Shown here: piece by piece, positions 22,026-33,230 of the stretch | How positions within the stretch are numbered: position 1 is the stretch's first letter | Layout of the letters: each line of letters begins with the position of its first letter | Assembly: GCA_963804165.1 (NCBI GenBank) | Contig: CAWDPO010000023.1 | Location: 204,967-268,966, forward strand | Length of the DNA: 64,000 nt | DNA from: an uncultured delta proteobacterium | Lineage (GTDB): Bacteria; Desulfobacterota; Binatia; UBA9968 | Direction: 5' to 3' | Position numbers and translations under genes: made by a program | Notes under the pieces: generated by a model | The model's database searches: none | The model's input: the letters and a program-made list of their open reading frames with translations, nothing else | What the model was told of the DNA's origin: nothing

Positions 22026-22297
22026 GACAAATAACTGCGCCTGGTACTGCAGCTTTAAAGAAGCCAATGCGCGAAAACGCCAGTGATTATACTTCGCTGC
22101 GGTGATTTTTGCCATTTTTTTGTGTTTAGCGTGATTCATGGGGAAACCTTGGGAGTCCTTCGACCAAGCTCGGGACGAACGGCAGGGGATTTGATTATCA
22201 TTCATGCCTCTCCGGTCTGCTGAGCGTGTCGAAGCATGAGGCACTCGAAGTCGATTGCCCCCATTGATTCGAGAGAAAACTGAGAATTTGAGATGGG

Positions 22298-22606
22298 GTG
22301 AGATCGGCTCAACGAGCGGGTAAGATGGACCCGCAGAAGATGTCGATCGATGGGAAAACAACGACGAAATTTGAAACAGGGTTTAAGCATCCGATTGTCC
22401 AAGAAGTGGAATCGGGGCTGTTCTCAGTCAGCGCCGCCAGCCGCAAGCACCAGATCTACAGTAGCTGTTGTGATAATCAACTCGCCGATATTCAGGAGGA
22501 GCCTCAAAAGCGTTTGCGAGCCAAGGAAGAGGAAATTGTCCAGCGCATCCACGAACGAGACATGAAGCGCGGTGAACGAAAACCATTGACGCATCTCGTC
22601 GATTAA
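22298..22606 (+). mobile_element. degenerate IS3-like transposase remnant
   Basis: KFETGFKHPIVQEVESG..SVSAASRKHQI resembles an HTH_Tnp_1 OrfA start, followed by an OrfB-like fragment; no DDE domain. Confidence 0.45.
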
Positions 22607-22724
22607 GCGTACGCCTTCAGGCGCCTACAATGCTTTGAAAATCCTGCGCTGCATGGCATAGTGGAAACCGTTTGCTATAGCTTGCTTGAGAATGGGGCCG
22701 CGCGGTTTAAAAGATCTATAAAGT

Positions 22725-23612
22725 TTGCGTGATCCCGATGCTCCAAAATTTATCATGCCTCCGCCTCCCAGGGAACCGGCCATGTTTGATCGCTTGGTAT
22801 GGCAACGTGACCGCATGTTGCTGGATGACCTCGTCTTCCGGCTCGAGCACTACCGGTCCGCAGATTGGGATGGAGGCGACCATTTTCGATTCTACAAGAT
22901 CAAGGGACTGGTCGACCAATACGCAAATTACTTCTCCAGCCGCTCTGATTTCCGCCCCGAGCGAGTGATGGAGTTGGGCATATATGACGGTGGTAGCACC
23001 GCGTTCTGGTATGAACTGTTCCGTCCCCAAAAGATGGTGGCCCTGGACATTCAGGATCAGACAGACACCCCTTATTTCCGCCGCTATGTCGAATCTCGCG
23101 GGGCGGGTGGGCGGATCAAGACTTACTGGAAGACCAACCAAGCAGACAAAGCCCGGCTCCGAACGATTGTTGAAACAGAATTCGATGCCCCTCTCGATCT
23201 GGTGGTCGATGATGCCTCGCACTTGTATGGGCAGACCCGAGCCAGCTTCGAAGCCTTATTCCCGTTATTTGTACCGGGCGGGCTGTACATCATCGAGGAT
23301 TGGGCCTGGGGCCACTGGCCCGAGTTCATTTCACCGAGCCACCCGTGGGCGGGCGAGGAGTCGTTGACACGACTCGTCGTCGAACTAATCGAAGCCGCTG
23401 GGACATCGATTCAACTGATCTCAAGCATCGTAGTGTATCGGGGTTTCGTAGTAGTCGAACGTGGCCCACAGCAGCTCAATAAAGCCACACATTTCAACCT
23501 CGAACATCACATTATCCGTCGCCCGGCTCGTCGGCTGACGAGTTTGTTCTTTCAGCTGGCAAGGAAGCTGAAGCGCGCGTTGGGAAAGCTCGTAAACCGA
23601 TTCAACCGTTGA
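22725..23612 (+). CDS. SAM-dependent methyltransferase (CmcI/Methyltransf_24-like)
   Basis: MELGIYDGGS, DLVVDDASH, GGLYIIEDW. Confidence 0.85.
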   Translation: MRDPDAPKFIMPPPPREPAMFDRLVWQRDRMLLDDLVFRLEHYRSADWDGGDHFRFYKIKGLVDQYANYFSSRSDFRPERVMELGIYDGGSTAFWYELFRPQKMVALDIQDQTDTPYFRRYVESRGAGGRIKTYWKTNQADKARLRTIVETEFDAPLDLVVDDASHLYGQTRASFEALFPLFVPGGLYIIEDWAWGHWPEFISPSHPWAGEESLTRLVVELIEAAGTSIQLISSIVVYRGFVVVERGPQQLNKATHFNLEHHIIRRPARRLTSLFFQLARKLKRALGKLVNRFNR

Positions 23613-23880
23613 TCCGCGACCGCGAGCGACAGCTCAGACTCAACGTTCGCCACTAGGACGCAAATCAGATGTTGTGCGACCGTCGCTAAATCACCTTATT
23701 CATATCGGTGGAGAATTTAGCGACCTTCAGTTCTTTAGCTAAGTGAAGCCGGAAGACAAGCCCTATTTAGCAGTTTTGATGAAGTAGCATTTCGCGAGCG
23801 AGAAAAGCAGGTGATCTTCCGCCCGCGCCTCACTCCAAACTATAAACACCGGGGAAAGATCAAATTCTTTGTGCCGTAGG

Positions 23881-25043
23881 ATGCGCATTCTCGTTCTCAC
23901 CAAACGTCAGTACATGGGAAAGGATCTCCTTGACGACCATTTCGGCCGATTCCGGGAGTTGCCTTTGGAACTGGCACGCCTCGGACACGAAGTGCAGGGG
24001 CTCTGTTTCAGTTACCACGGCAATACGAGGGTAAATTCGTCGATGGAGACGGCTCATCCAGCAGCGGAGTGACATGGGATTCGGTCAATTTGTTGAACGG
24101 CTATCTGCCACAAATCGAACGATATACGAGACGCGCACTGCAAATATGCCGGGGATTTTGTCCTGATATAATCTGGGCCTGCTCCGACGCTTATCACGCC
24201 ATCTTCGGCAACTGGCTTGCCAAGCGCGTACAATCGAAATGCGTGATCGATCTTTACGACAACTTTGAAGCGTTCAAAGCCAGCCAATTTCCCGGTGTCG
24301 TACCGCTGTTCCGCCGGGCCGTCAGGGCCGCCGACGGAATCACTGCTTTCAGCAAGCGCTTGGCCGATCACGTCGCGCGAACGTATATGCGGACGAAACC
24401 GATATCGGTCATTGAGAGTGGCGCTGGGCCGAACCTTTTTTTCCCGCGAGAGCGAACGGAATGCCGGCGGCATTTTGGCTTGCCGCAAGACGCCAAAATC
24501 ATCGGCACGGCCGGCGCGCTGTACCGTAGTCGGGGCATTGAAACTCTATTTAAAGCGTTCGAACAGCTGTCTGCTGAAGGCGATGATCTGCATTTGCTGC
24601 TCGCCGGCCCGCGCGATCGAGAAATGTCAATCCCCGCCGGGCGGCGAGTTCACGACCTTGCCGAATTACCGCACGCGGAAGTGCCATTACTTTACAATTC
24701 GCTGGATGTCGCCGTGGTTTGTTACCGCCACTCGGCCCAAGGCGAATACAGTTTCCCGCAAAAAGCCTACGAGATCATCGCCTGCCGTGTGCCACTCGTT
24801 GCGGCAGCAGTGGGGTCTATGAACGAATTGTTACTGAATTATCCCGACTGCTTGTACGAACCCGAAAATCCGTCCGCCCTTGCGACCGCCATCCGTGGTC
24901 AATTACAGACAAGGAAAGTGATCGATATACCGGCTCCCTCCTGGGCGGATTCGGCGAAGCACCTGAGCAATTTTTTTCTGCAGGTCAACGATGGCATTGC
25001 CGCGACGGCTGTGCAGGACGCAAAGAATCAGTCGCCAGGTTAA
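23881..25043 (+). CDS. GT4 glycosyltransferase; frameshift near 24060
   Basis: MRILVLTKRQY N-terminus in 23869..24072; C-terminal DVAVV...FPQKAYEIIACRVPLVA. Confidence 0.8.
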
Positions 25044-26191
25044 CTCGCTGCGCGTGTTGCCGCATCAAACACACCTTCATAAAGAACTGAAACGCGACGC
25101 CATGCGAAATCTTTGTTTACCCGACACCGCCCATAGGAACCCATAGAGAAACGCAACTCACGGTCTTTCAAGAGTGAAATAATGATTTGGCTGAGCCCTA
25201 GGTAATCGCCCGGATCGACCAGGACTCCGCTTTTCCCCTCTTCCACCGCATCCGGTATCCCGCCGGCCCGGGTAGCGACAACCGGTTTTCCGGCAGCCGC
25301 CGCTTCGAGGACAACGATTCCGAATCCTTCGACATCGTCGTCCACGTCCAACACCGGCAAAACCACCAAATCGCACGCCTGATACAACTTGATTACATCC
25401 TCGTCGCTGACCGAGCCAAGCAAGCGAACATGATTTTCCAGACCGAGACTCGAAACGGCGTCTTTGATTTCGCTGATAACGTCATCTCGATGGGCCAGCG
25501 ATGCGGTCGGATTATCGCCGGCGATCAAAAACACAGTTTCCGGAACGGCTTGAACCACACTCGCGAGAGAACGTTCAATAAATTCTTTCACACCCTTGCG
25601 CCTTGCCAACCGCCCGACAAAAAGGATGATCTTTTTTCCTTCTACTGCCCAGGCTCGCTTGTCCGCGGCGATATCCGTTCGCTGATCAAACCGTTCACAA
25701 TCCACTCCCGGCGGAATTACGGCGGTCCGTTCTCGTAGAACTCCCTTGGTTTGCGCCAGCTGTGCCGTGCATCGACTGTTGGCCACGACCCGATCGCACC
25801 ATTTCAACCAGCGCACGCACAGCAGCTGATAGATCACGCGACGATAAATTACATCGAGGCCATGAATCTGCATGACCGCGCGACGCGCGAAGACACGGGC
25901 GAGAATCACAACCAGAGGTGTCACGACCGCGCTGCCACCGAGCACGATGCGAATTTTTCGATCGCGCGCCAGGAGAGTGGCGCCGCGCCAAACGGCATAG
26001 AGAGCGAAGGCCACTAACCCGGGCAACGGCGCGCGAAAAACATTTTGGTCACCGGGCGCCGCAATAGGCGCATGCGCCGTAATGACCCGGACGGTGTGGC
26101 TCTTCTTGACTTCCGCACAGAGGCTACCGATCAGATTTTCGATACCGCCCCGGCGCGGCGGGTAGTTCCAGGTGATGACGAGGACGTCCAT
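25040..26191 (-). CDS. GT4 glycosyltransferase
   Basis: YPPRRGGIE, FVGRLARRKG, EGFGIVVLEAAAAGKPVV. Confidence 0.92.
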   Translation of the reverse strand: MDVLVITWNYPPRRGGIENLIGSLCAEVKKSHTVRVITAHAPIAAPGDQNVFRAPLPGLVAFALYAVWRGATLLARDRKIRIVLGGSAVVTPLVVILARVFARRAVMQIHGLDVIYRRVIYQLLCVRWLKWCDRVVANSRCTAQLAQTKGVLRERTAVIPPGVDCERFDQRTDIAADKRAWAVEGKKIILFVGRLARRKGVKEFIERSLASVVQAVPETVFLIAGDNPTASLAHRDDVISEIKDAVSSLGLENHVRLLGSVSDEDVIKLYQACDLVVLPVLDVDDDVEGFGIVVLEAAAAGKPVVATRAGGIPDAVEEGKSGVLVDPGDYLGLSQIIISLLKDRELRFSMGSYGRCRVNKDFAWRRVSVLYEGVFDAATRAAS

Positions 26192-26200
26192 TTGATGAGC

Positions 26201-26977
26201 TTACTGCCTGCGCGTGACACACAGATGGTAGACTTGGTATTGCCAGGATAGAGGCCACAGAGGCAACGCTATTGCCTGTGCGGCGCGAAGCGGCCATCCG
26301 TACTTGGGTCCGCGAAGGATCCACGATTTCGACAGCACGTGCAGATCTCTCCAACGGTGGAGAACAATGAGGCCGGCGGACTCGAAGAGTTCTCTCCACT
26401 CGCGCAACGAGCGAACATCTTCTTTCAGATCCGCCTGATGCGTACCGGAATAGAACCCCAAGCGTCGGGTTAAGAACCCGGAGTTTGGAACCAGGAGCAA
26501 GTACATTGCATTCGGCTTGGCTACCCGAACCATCTCGCGAAGCGCGCCTCGAGCATCTAAGAAATGTTCAAGAGCCCCGAGGCAAGAGATGAAATCAAAC
26601 TCACGATCGCCGAAGGGAAGTATCTCCGCGGAGCCACAGCGGAGCTGCGCCTCGGGCAACACTCGACGGCAAACTTCCACCGCCTTTTGCGAGATATCAA
26701 TCCCGGCTGGGGTGGCGCCAAGCGCAACGGCAGCCATAAGCCAATCACCGGTTCCGCAAGCTACGTCGAGTAGCCGTCGGCCATTCCAGGGTCCAAGTTT
26801 TTTTGCCAACTGCCGTAGGTGACGGGAGACAATAGGCGCCTCACCCGCATCCTTATAATAAATTTGATCGTAGAAGCGCCGGACTTCTGGATCGGCCTGA
26901 AGCGATGGATCGTCGTGGCGGTTTTCTTGCAATACCATTTGCGGTCGCCGCGCGGCGACAGGCCGTTCGGAGCCCAA
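26201..26977 (-). CDS. class I SAM-dependent methyltransferase
   Basis: LLDVACGTG, AEILPF, LGALEHF, LREMVRV. Confidence 0.9.
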   Translation of the reverse strand: MGSERPVAARRPQMVLQENRHDDPSLQADPEVRRFYDQIYYKDAGEAPIVSRHLRQLAKKLGPWNGRRLLDVACGTGDWLMAAVALGATPAGIDISQKAVEVCRRVLPEAQLRCGSAEILPFGDREFDFISCLGALEHFLDARGALREMVRVAKPNAMYLLLVPNSGFLTRRLGFYSGTHQADLKEDVRSLREWRELFESAGLIVLHRWRDLHVLSKSWILRGPKYGWPLRAAQAIALPLWPLSWQYQVYHLCVTRRQ

Positions 26978-26984
26978 TCAGCGG

Positions 26985-27881
26985 TCAATCTTCCGCGTCA
27001 CTCCGAAAATCTACAACGTGGCCGTGCCGTTCCATGCGCAACAACGCGATCTGTTCGGAGACTAATCCGAGCATAAATATAATTACCGCGGTGGTGAACA
27101 TGAATACTGACATGTTCGTGAACCGACCCTCGGTAAAATACGTATATACGTAGTTCGACATGCCGGCGAGGAAGAAAAAAATACTGACGGGCAGGAACAC
27201 GCGAAACGGTGAAAATAGCGTTGCGATCTTGGTAATGATGAGTAAGAAGCGAACGCCGTCGGTGACCAGACTGATCTTGCTTTGGCCGGCGCGGTAAAGT
27301 GTCTGGATGGGAACATATTTAACGGTGAATCCGGAGCGCAAAAAAGCCAACGTCAACGTCGTCGGATAGGAAAAAGTATTGGGCAAAAGATCGATAAACC
27401 GCAAAGCATCGCGGCGCGACAAGACTCGAAACCCGGACGTGAGGTCTTGCACTTTGAATTGGGTGACATAAGACGCGAGAAAATTATAGAGCAGGTTCGC
27501 CGCGTAGCGGTGAAATCTCAACTTCGATCCCTTGGCGCGCGCACCGACGACCATATGATAGCTGGAGGCCTGCGAGAGCAATTTGGGGATATCTTCCGGT
27601 GGATGTTGTCCGTCTCCGTCTAACAAGACGATGATTTTCCCACGCGCCGCGCGGATGCCGCTTTTCACGGCGGCACCGTTGCCGATGTTGTAAGGATGAC
27701 GAATCACGCTGGCGCCCGCGCTGAGGGCAATCTCCGCACTGTCATCGGTGGAACCGTCGTCGACTACGATGATTTCCGTACGTGAGAGTCTGAGCGACTG
27801 CACTTTGCCGAGGAGCGTCGCCAAGGTCGCCGCCTCGTTAAAGACCGGAATCACGACTGAGATATCGCAACCGCTAGCCAT
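26985..27881 (-). CDS. GT2 glycosyltransferase (polyprenol-phosphate sugar synthase-like)
   Basis: SVVIPVFNE, VDDGSTD, DGDGQH, DLTSGFR, two C-terminal TM helices. Confidence 0.9.
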   Translation of the reverse strand: MASGCDISVVIPVFNEAATLATLLGKVQSLRLSRTEIIVVDDGSTDDSAEIALSAGASVIRHPYNIGNGAAVKSGIRAARGKIIVLLDGDGQHPPEDIPKLLSQASSYHMVVGARAKGSKLRFHRYAANLLYNFLASYVTQFKVQDLTSGFRVLSRRDALRFIDLLPNTFSYPTTLTLAFLRSGFTVKYVPIQTLYRAGQSKISLVTDGVRFLLIITKIATLFSPFRVFLPVSIFFFLAGMSNYVYTYFTEGRFTNMSVFMFTTAVIIFMLGLVSEQIALLRMERHGHVVDFRSDAED

Positions 27882-29655
27882 GGACTTGATAGACGGCATG
27901 GCCGCGGTCGCGAAAATTTAATATGAGCCGGTTTTGTGCGAACTGGTTCCACACCGCCGCTTGATTCGGCGTCAAATTATGACTCAAAAAATTTGCCAGA
28001 AGATCCTCGCGGATCATGAGATGAGTAATTTGTTTTCGCTTCAATGCGTGTTCGATTTGATCTGGGGTCTTAGATTCACGCAGGACTCCCAATAGATATC
28101 CCGGCAGATCGCCGCCGTCGTGAAAGTATTCTCGTTGGCAATAATACGCTCTTCGGCCTATAAAGAGAAGATAAATTTTCGCAGCCGGCGGAGTTCTGCG
28201 GTTGATGTATTCGAAAGAACTATACTCGGGCAACACCCGTGTGAGATAAACGTGACGGCTTTCGTCTCCGGCCAGGTACCTGAGCGGAGCCGCCTCCCGG
28301 AAATAGCCCCAAAGATAGATACCGTGCCACGCCGAGAACAAAACAATGCCCGCGAATAGATAGACCGGCCGCGTGATGCGCAAATAGACATTGAAGATGC
28401 CGTAGACCGCCAGAATCACGAGAGGAGGGACGATCGAAAGAATATAACGAATACGCAGGTCGACGAGAAATAGAGCATACGATAGAAACAGAAACGCATA
28501 AGCCGCTAAACACTTTTTTTCTTCCAGCCATTTACCTTTGAAGGCCCACGGTAAAAGGACGATCAATATCGGCGTCAGCACGCCGTCGAATAGTTGCGGA
28601 TTGTCGTCTTGACCGGACAAAAAAATTCGCAGCGGCAGGCCAAGAATCTGCCAACTGTTCTCGCCGTAAAGCAACGCTCGTCTTTCTAGAATGGCGAGTC
28701 CGCCGAAATTTACCCCGGTGATTATTTCGACGTGGGTGGAAGGAAACCAACGGCCCAAAAGTGGATAGAATGGATTGCTGGTCTGAAACCAACTCTTAAG
28801 GAGCCAGGGCAAAAACGGCAGCAACGTCAATCCGCCGAACAGAAACAGCTCGCGGCCGATCTCAGTTAGGCGCTTTAGCGGTGGCTTCACGATGACGAGC
28901 AAGAACAGAAAAGAAATCAGCAGAGCCGCCACCAAGCCGTTGGGTTTGGTGGCAAGGGCAAATCCCAACGACAGCGCCGCAAGGCATAACCAACTAACGC
29001 TCTGGCGATCTTCGCGCCAGCGTAACAAAAACAGAAGGGAAGCCGTTATGTAGAACGTAATACCAAGATCGATGTAGCCCCAGTGACTCAGACGAGCGAT
29101 CGCCGGCGTCGATAAATAGATAAAAAAACCGAGCAAACCATATACCGCATTCATGCGTCGGCCGAGATAGGCGAACAACAACAAACCCGTGAGATAGGCA
29201 AAAAGCCCATGAATCAACTTGGGAACGAAATCATATCCCCAATACACCCACGGGACGTACAGCATGTCGAGCAGCATCGGGTAGTAAGCGTACGGCGCCA
29301 TCGGGACTTCGATGATCCGGCCGGCTTTAGCATAGAGTTTTGGGATTGCCAAGTGATGGGTGAGCTCGTCACGGCTGATCGGCGGCAGCAGACCTAGAAT
29401 AACTTCAGTGATGATTAAAATTAAAATTGCCACCCAGAGGACACAGCCGACCCAGTTTGTCCGTCTTGGAATAGCGAGGAAAGTGGAAACAAAGAAACTC
29501 GCACTGAGGAGAAGAACTACGGCAACGCTGAAGTTGAGCGCTGAACTGCGAACGTAGCCTGCCAAACCGAATAGGAAGTAAACCGTTGCCGTGGAACCGA
29601 GCAGGCAGCCGATCCAACCAGTCCGCCTTAACAGGGGCGAAAAACGCTCTGGCAT
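27874..29655 (-). CDS. GT-C fold (ArnT/PMT-like) polytopic glycosyltransferase
   Basis: Many TM segments, PPISRDELTHHL.IPK, ALATK, NPFYP; adjacent to GT2. Confidence 0.72.
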   Translation of the reverse strand: MPERFSPLLRRTGWIGCLLGSTATVYFLFGLAGYVRSSALNFSVAVVLLLSASFFVSTFLAIPRRTNWVGCVLWVAILILIITEVILGLLPPISRDELTHHLAIPKLYAKAGRIIEVPMAPYAYYPMLLDMLYVPWVYWGYDFVPKLIHGLFAYLTGLLLFAYLGRRMNAVYGLLGFFIYLSTPAIARLSHWGYIDLGITFYITASLLFLLRWREDRQSVSWLCLAALSLGFALATKPNGLVAALLISFLFLLVIVKPPLKRLTEIGRELFLFGGLTLLPFLPWLLKSWFQTSNPFYPLLGRWFPSTHVEIITGVNFGGLAILERRALLYGENSWQILGLPLRIFLSGQDDNPQLFDGVLTPILIVLLPWAFKGKWLEEKKCLAAYAFLFLSYALFLVDLRIRYILSIVPPLVILAVYGIFNVYLRITRPVYLFAGIVLFSAWHGIYLWGYFREAAPLRYLAGDESRHVYLTRVLPEYSSFEYINRRTPPAAKIYLLFIGRRAYYCQREYFHDGGDLPGYLLGVLRESKTPDQIEHALKRKQITHLMIREDLLANFLSHNLTPNQAAVWNQFAQNRLILNFRDRGHAVYQVHG

Positions 29656-29794
29656 CAGCGTGCCGGGACCCGCATCGAAAAGATCGAGTTGATCACCGCG
29701 GATTGAGCGGCCACCCGACCATCCCGCCATGCTTGAATCTGCCGGGCGAGCAATAGATCAAGTTTTGACACCAAGGTTGGGATTATCGTCATTG

Positions 29795-29831
29795 TCGCAG
29801 TCGAGGCGTGCGTTGCACGCCTCGACTGCGA
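29795..29831. repeat. perfect 17-bp hairpin (REP-like element or terminator)
   Basis: TCGCAGTCGAGGCGTGC-gtt-GCACGCCTCGACTGCGA. Confidence 0.75.
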
Positions 29832-29841
29832 TTCAGAGTGA

Positions 29842-30132
29842 TTAAACGAGCACTGGGATCAACCGATTCGTTGAGAATCGAATCAATTCGCCCTTGTCGA
29901 TGATAGCGACAACGGAGCCAAACTTGACGAAGTCCCCTTCGTTGGCGCTGATTTCTCCCAGCGTGCCGTCCTCCGGCGCTTCGACTTCGACGTTGACTTT
30001 GTCGGTCTCGACTTCGAGTAGCGCCTCGCCTTTTTTCACGCTGGCGCCTGGGCTCGCGATCCAGCGTAGAATTCTTACTTCATCGCTCTCATCGCTCGAA
30101 CCCAAGCGCGGAATGATCACGTTTTTCTTCAT
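29842..30132 (-). CDS. stand-alone lipoyl-domain protein
   Basis: LEVETDKVNVEVEAP lipoyl-lysine motif. Confidence 0.85.
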   Translation of the reverse strand: MKKNVIIPRLGSSDESDEVRILRWIASPGASVKKGEALLEVETDKVNVEVEAPEDGTLGEISANEGDFVKFGSVVAIIDKGELIRFSTNRLIPVLV

Positions 30133-30140
30133 GCCAAATT

Positions 30141-30740
30141 CTAGAGCGAGGGCGCTTCAAAACTGTCGGCAAGGGAATTGAGCTTGAGCATCTGGCGCAT
30201 GTTTTCCAGAAAGGCATGGACGTTCTTATACTGCGCCGGCACATCGTATTTCACCGCCGTGTATAAATAGTGCAATTGCGAGAAGATCGAGATGTCGGCA
30301 AGGGTCAACTTATCGAAGATGAACTTCTTACCGGCGTAGATCTGGTCAAGAGTTTTGAAATGGCTATCCCACTCCGCTTGCGCTTTCTGTTTCGCCTCCG
30401 GATTATCCGCCCGCCGCATGGCGTGGTTGGCGTGGATCAATACTTCATCGGACCAGTCTTCCAAGGCCAAGCAAAGCCCTTTGTTCGCGGCGCCGTCAGG
30501 GTAGATACTGTTCTGCGGATAATCCTTCTCCAGCCGCGCCGAGATCACCGTAGAGTCGATGACACACTCGCCGTTGTAGTTAAGCGTCGGCACCTTGCGC
30601 TGATTGGTATACTCGAGCAACGATTTGCGCTCGTCGGCGCGCACGTCGATGACTTCATAGGGCACCTTCTTCATCGCGAAGACCATCCGGACCTTTTCGC
30701 AAAACATCGAAGTTTGGGAATTGAACAGTTTGATCGCCAT
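30141..30740 (-). CDS. glutathione S-transferase family protein
   Basis: SMFCEKVR, KVPTL, IDSTVI, LTLADI. Confidence 0.85.
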   Translation of the reverse strand: MAIKLFNSQTSMFCEKVRMVFAMKKVPYEVIDVRADERKSLLEYTNQRKVPTLNYNGECVIDSTVISARLEKDYPQNSIYPDGAANKGLCLALEDWSDEVLIHANHAMRRADNPEAKQKAQAEWDSHFKTLDQIYAGKKFIFDKLTLADISIFSQLHYLYTAVKYDVPAQYKNVHAFLENMRQMLKLNSLADSFEAPSL

Positions 30741-30949
30741 AGTTATGTCCTCCTGCTAATTGCCTAATGTTATCATTGGCTATGCCAACTTTGTTCACAT
30801 CTCATATCCCATGCAACAAAATCGCGCATTTCTCAACCCTGCGATCCTGTCAAGCCATCTCAAAATCTAACCGGAGCTAGGATTGACCTTGCCAGGGTTC
30901 GTGAGTATTCTCTCCGACACGATAAACCGAACGACGCACAGAGGAAACT

Positions 30950-31162
30950 ATGGCGAAATATTTACAATGCAGTGAGTGCGGCAAGCTAGCATTCTACTAC
31001 GACGACTTCGTCGGCACCGAGAAGCCCTTTTACCGGCGCTTCATGCGTTACCCGGAAGGCGAAACCAAACATGAACCGCCGCGCTGCTTTAGCTGCGGCG
31101 GCGTACCGCGCATGATCCATGAGAATATCAAGGAAGAAAAAGCCGCGGCGGCGAAGCATTGA
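30950..31162 (+). CDS. small Cys-rich (Zn-binding-like) hypothetical protein
   Basis: GAGG RBS, CSECG and CFSCG; sigma70-like TTGACC...TATTCT upstream (~30883-30911). Confidence 0.6.
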   Translation: MAKYLQCSECGKLAFYYDDFVGTEKPFYRRFMRYPEGETKHEPPRCFSCGGVPRMIHENIKEEKAAAAKH

Positions 31163-31171
31163 TCAGCCCAA

Positions 31172-33230
31172 TCAAACTGTCAGCTCACGGCCACCCCCCG
31201 CCCGCGATTTCGCTAGTAAACTCGCCAGATAGAACATCAGGACGACCAAGAGCAGGGCTTTTGTCCCTGCGATCATGCCGAGATACTCGACAAATCCTCC
31301 GACCATAGCGCCAAGCAGGTTGCTACCGAAGGCAAAGGTAGGATCTGGGCTCCCCTTAAGGCTTAACGAAAAGATCAATCCGGCAAAGAAGATCGGCAAA
31401 GGGATCAACAAGACGCTGTAAAACAATCTCGCGTAGGGGGACGAGCCGAGCACGAGAGAATTTGGGAAAAAATACAGGAATGCCAGGGAAACCACGAGCG
31501 GCAAATAAAACCATCGATGGAATGATTTCAGCCGGGCCGCAACGACGTTTGCCAGCAGTACCATGATCAAAACGCCGAGGATGACTACCATGCTGACGAA
31601 CCAGGTGGCGCCGAAGAACAACGATATTGTCGTGATGCTCTTGGTCTCCAAGAGGAGAAACGCCGCGCCGAGAAAAAAGAAATGGAGTTCGATACCGCGG
31701 CGCTCCTTATCAAAGGTCGCGGCGATGAACAAAGTCGAAATCAGCAGCAGAGAACCGATCGTAAAAAGATAATCGACAGGTATCGATCGGCTGCGCAGGT
31801 AGAGATAGGGCCAATCGTCCAAGGCTTCTTCGGTCTCGCGCGGGGTTTTCTGGATCCTCCGGTAGGATTGCATTTCACTGGTCACCGGCGGTGAATAGCC
31901 TTTTGCTGCGAGGATAATGACTTGTCCGGTTGGTTTTGTAAAGATTAGCGGTAGGGATCCGGTGGCGGATCTAACCATCGCAATCAATCGGTCGAGCAGC
32001 CATAGATGACGGCCCGAAAAGAAGGACACGCTCATCAGACCGCCTGGTCTGACGAGCTTGAATGCTTCCTCGAAACTCTCCCGTGTATAAACATATCCGT
32101 CTAAACGGATGCTCGACATGTGGCTCAATAGGCTTTGCGAATCCAAGAATCCGAAAACAATCATGTCGTAGGTCTTATCGTTGCGGCGGAAAAATGGTCG
32201 AGCGTCGGTATTGATCACCGTTACACGCGGGTCATTGTATGACTGCGAGGGATTGAACTGCCTGCCTAAGTGAACAATCACCGGGTCGATTTCTAAAGCA
32301 TCCACGTGAACCGCGCCTGCAAGTAGTGCCGCTTCAACGTCGACGCCGCCGCCAGAACCTACGACGAGGACGTCTCTCGCCGCCGGACGAAATTTATAGG
32401 GCAGCATATATTGCTCGTTGAGCTCGGTTGCCTTAGCCCGGTTTGCGTATCGGCGCAAATCGATCGTCCCGTTCCTCATGTAAAAATCGCCATTCACTTG
32501 GACGATATAAGATGGTGGATCGCGCAACGCGCCGATGTTTTCCGGCGGTACAGACACGGACTTAAGCGATCCGTTGGTCTCCAACTCTTGTATCGTGATG
32601 AAATTATACGGCGACCAGATGGCGCCGTTCTCAACTCGAGCCGTCAAAACCGCGAGGGTTACCGCGAAAAAAAGCGCGCTCCGGATCAGCTGGCGTCTAT
32701 CAGCGCAAAAAAATAAGGATCCAACCATGACGAGGGAGAACCCTAAGATCGGTGAAAACCACGAATATGAGAACAGTCCAAAAAGTACAGTCCCCGCAAT
32801 TGCACCGCCGATGTCCCACGTGTATGCCCGCAAGGGCGTGATCCGCGAAAAGTAATTCCCGATGATCTCACCGAGCGGCAAGAACAACAAACCGTTGAGC
32901 GCGAAGATCGCTAGGATCGGTAGCGTGGTCGAACTCGTTCCGGCGGTAAACAAGAAACGAAATTCATCCGGGCCTTGTTGAAAGCTGACCCCTTTCAACG
33001 TGGCGATTACAGCCACAAGTCCGCACAGAAACGGCGCGAACAATCGACTGAGGCGAAGTCCTCGTTTGGCCAGCAGCGCTCCACTCCCGAGCCCGAGAAA
33101 CGACGAGAGCAGCATCAGATTCCCGTAGTACGCGACCACACGAACTTGGGACAGGAACCCATCGAATCAACAGGAGTTCAAGGAACAGAGAAAGAAACGA
33201 AGCCAGAAACAGATACAGTTTGGGCGACAA
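31172..33230 (-). CDS. polytopic membrane protein with central spermidine-synthase-like SAM domain; frameshift near 33155
   Basis: LFLELLLIRW N-terminus in 32964..33230; WSPY, VLVVGSGGGVDV, EIDPVI, DAR.F, DDWPYLYL, GSNLLGA.VGG..EY. Confidence 0.8.
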
